Source of the DNA: Azolla caroliniana | Taxonomy: Eukaryota; Plantae; Polypodiophyta | Direction of reading: 5' to 3' | Length of the DNA: 64,000 bases | Assembly (NCBI GenBank): GCA_043228905.1 | Contig: JBHGNT010000004.1 | Span: forward strand, 3,844,001-3,908,000 | Shown: positions 63,036 through 64,000 of the stretch, piece by piece | How the letters are laid out: each line of letters opens with the position of its first letter | Position numbering within the stretch: the stretch's first letter is position 1 | Position numbers and translations under genes: made by a program | The notes under the pieces: model-generated | What the model was told of the DNA's origin: nothing | What the model saw: the letters and a program-made list of their open reading frames with translations, nothing else | Databases searched by the model: none

Positions 63036-64000
63036 ATGGATTGAACCCAAAGAAGGGTATTGATGCACTACTCACTTTGTTTGCTATACAGAAGTAATTG
63101 TTAACTAACAATGGATATAGATAGATAAATTTTTTGTGTCCACAAGATCAATGTACAATATATAGGATAGGAAGGAACCAAGTGTATGGGAAAAAAACCA
63201 TCGGATTGTATCACAAGAAGTTAAAACCCAATCATCAATATCATACAATTATGGGATGGAAAGTTAGCAAAGGTTTAATAACTAGGGTATATATATTACA
63301 TCTAACATAGATAAATTATTACAACTTATTAAAGCTAGATCGTCAATATTGGTAGCAAAGGTCTAACAACTAAGATATATATCATATCTTTTTATCGATG
63401 TATATCACCTCGCATATAAACACATGTCATAGACAAAAGCATGGACACATGTCTCTTTCAATAACCCAATGCCTCATTAAGATACTTATTATTATCTTTG
63501 GAACAATGTATTCCACCTCACACATACACAATACATGTACACGTACGCTTTCACATGCCTATATGGGGTATATTTCTTTCGAAGGGGCCTAGGGCCCAAC
63601 TTGGGCACTAAAGTTGAAGCCGAAAACATCGAAGGTGAGATTAGCTGGGGTATTACTAGGAAGGAACGTGATAGATTGGGGATAGGCACTGTGGATGAGC
63701 TAAGGACAACTTGGTCACCGATGATGATGATGATGATGATGATGATGAAAGTGGCACTGTAATGAGTGTAAGGGGGTGGTGTGAGACACATGAAAGGGGG
63801 CCGGGGTGGGAGACGTGGAACCTTTTTAAAACTAAATAAATATCTCGACCTTTTCACTTAAGGAAAAAAACAAAAGAAGGGGAAAAGTTGAAAGGAAGGG
63901 AGGGAAGGAACGAAAAACTTAAGGGAAGGAAAGAAAGGGAGAGAGCCACATGAGTTCACTATATAAATATGGCCCCCAAGGAAATGTGGGTAGGAAGAGT

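Overview
Eukaryotic plant DNA, AT-rich and TE-dense; a fern or other non-seed plant is likely, but that is inferred from the long TE-filled introns and Tcn1-like chromoviruses. Positions 642-19407 carry a minus-strand isoamylase 3 (ISA3, GH13 starch-debranching) gene. I reconstructed 23 GT-AG exons in continuous frame (2235 nt, 745 codons); the last exon lies left of the window. Its introns hold Copia, LINE and hAT-MITE debris, plus an 85-bp duplication of an exon end with its donor site. A complete hAT MITE with an 8-bp TSD sits 263 bp upstream of the ATG. Positions ~21-53 kb are a nested pile of decayed LTR retrotransposons: two Tcn1-like chromoviruses head-to-head, one tRNA-Met-primed chromovirus, three solo LTRs with TSDs and older remnants. 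Positions 53-64 kb are degraded LINE and repeat DNA. The most notable signals are in the Tcn1-like elements: a Tf1-type self-priming signature, a conserved GUUAAAC slippery site plus pseudoknot for -1 frameshifting, and heat-shock-element arrays in all related LTRs. The third element has a 56-bp-periodic hairpin array in its 5' leader. All coordinates were read by eye, with no database searches.
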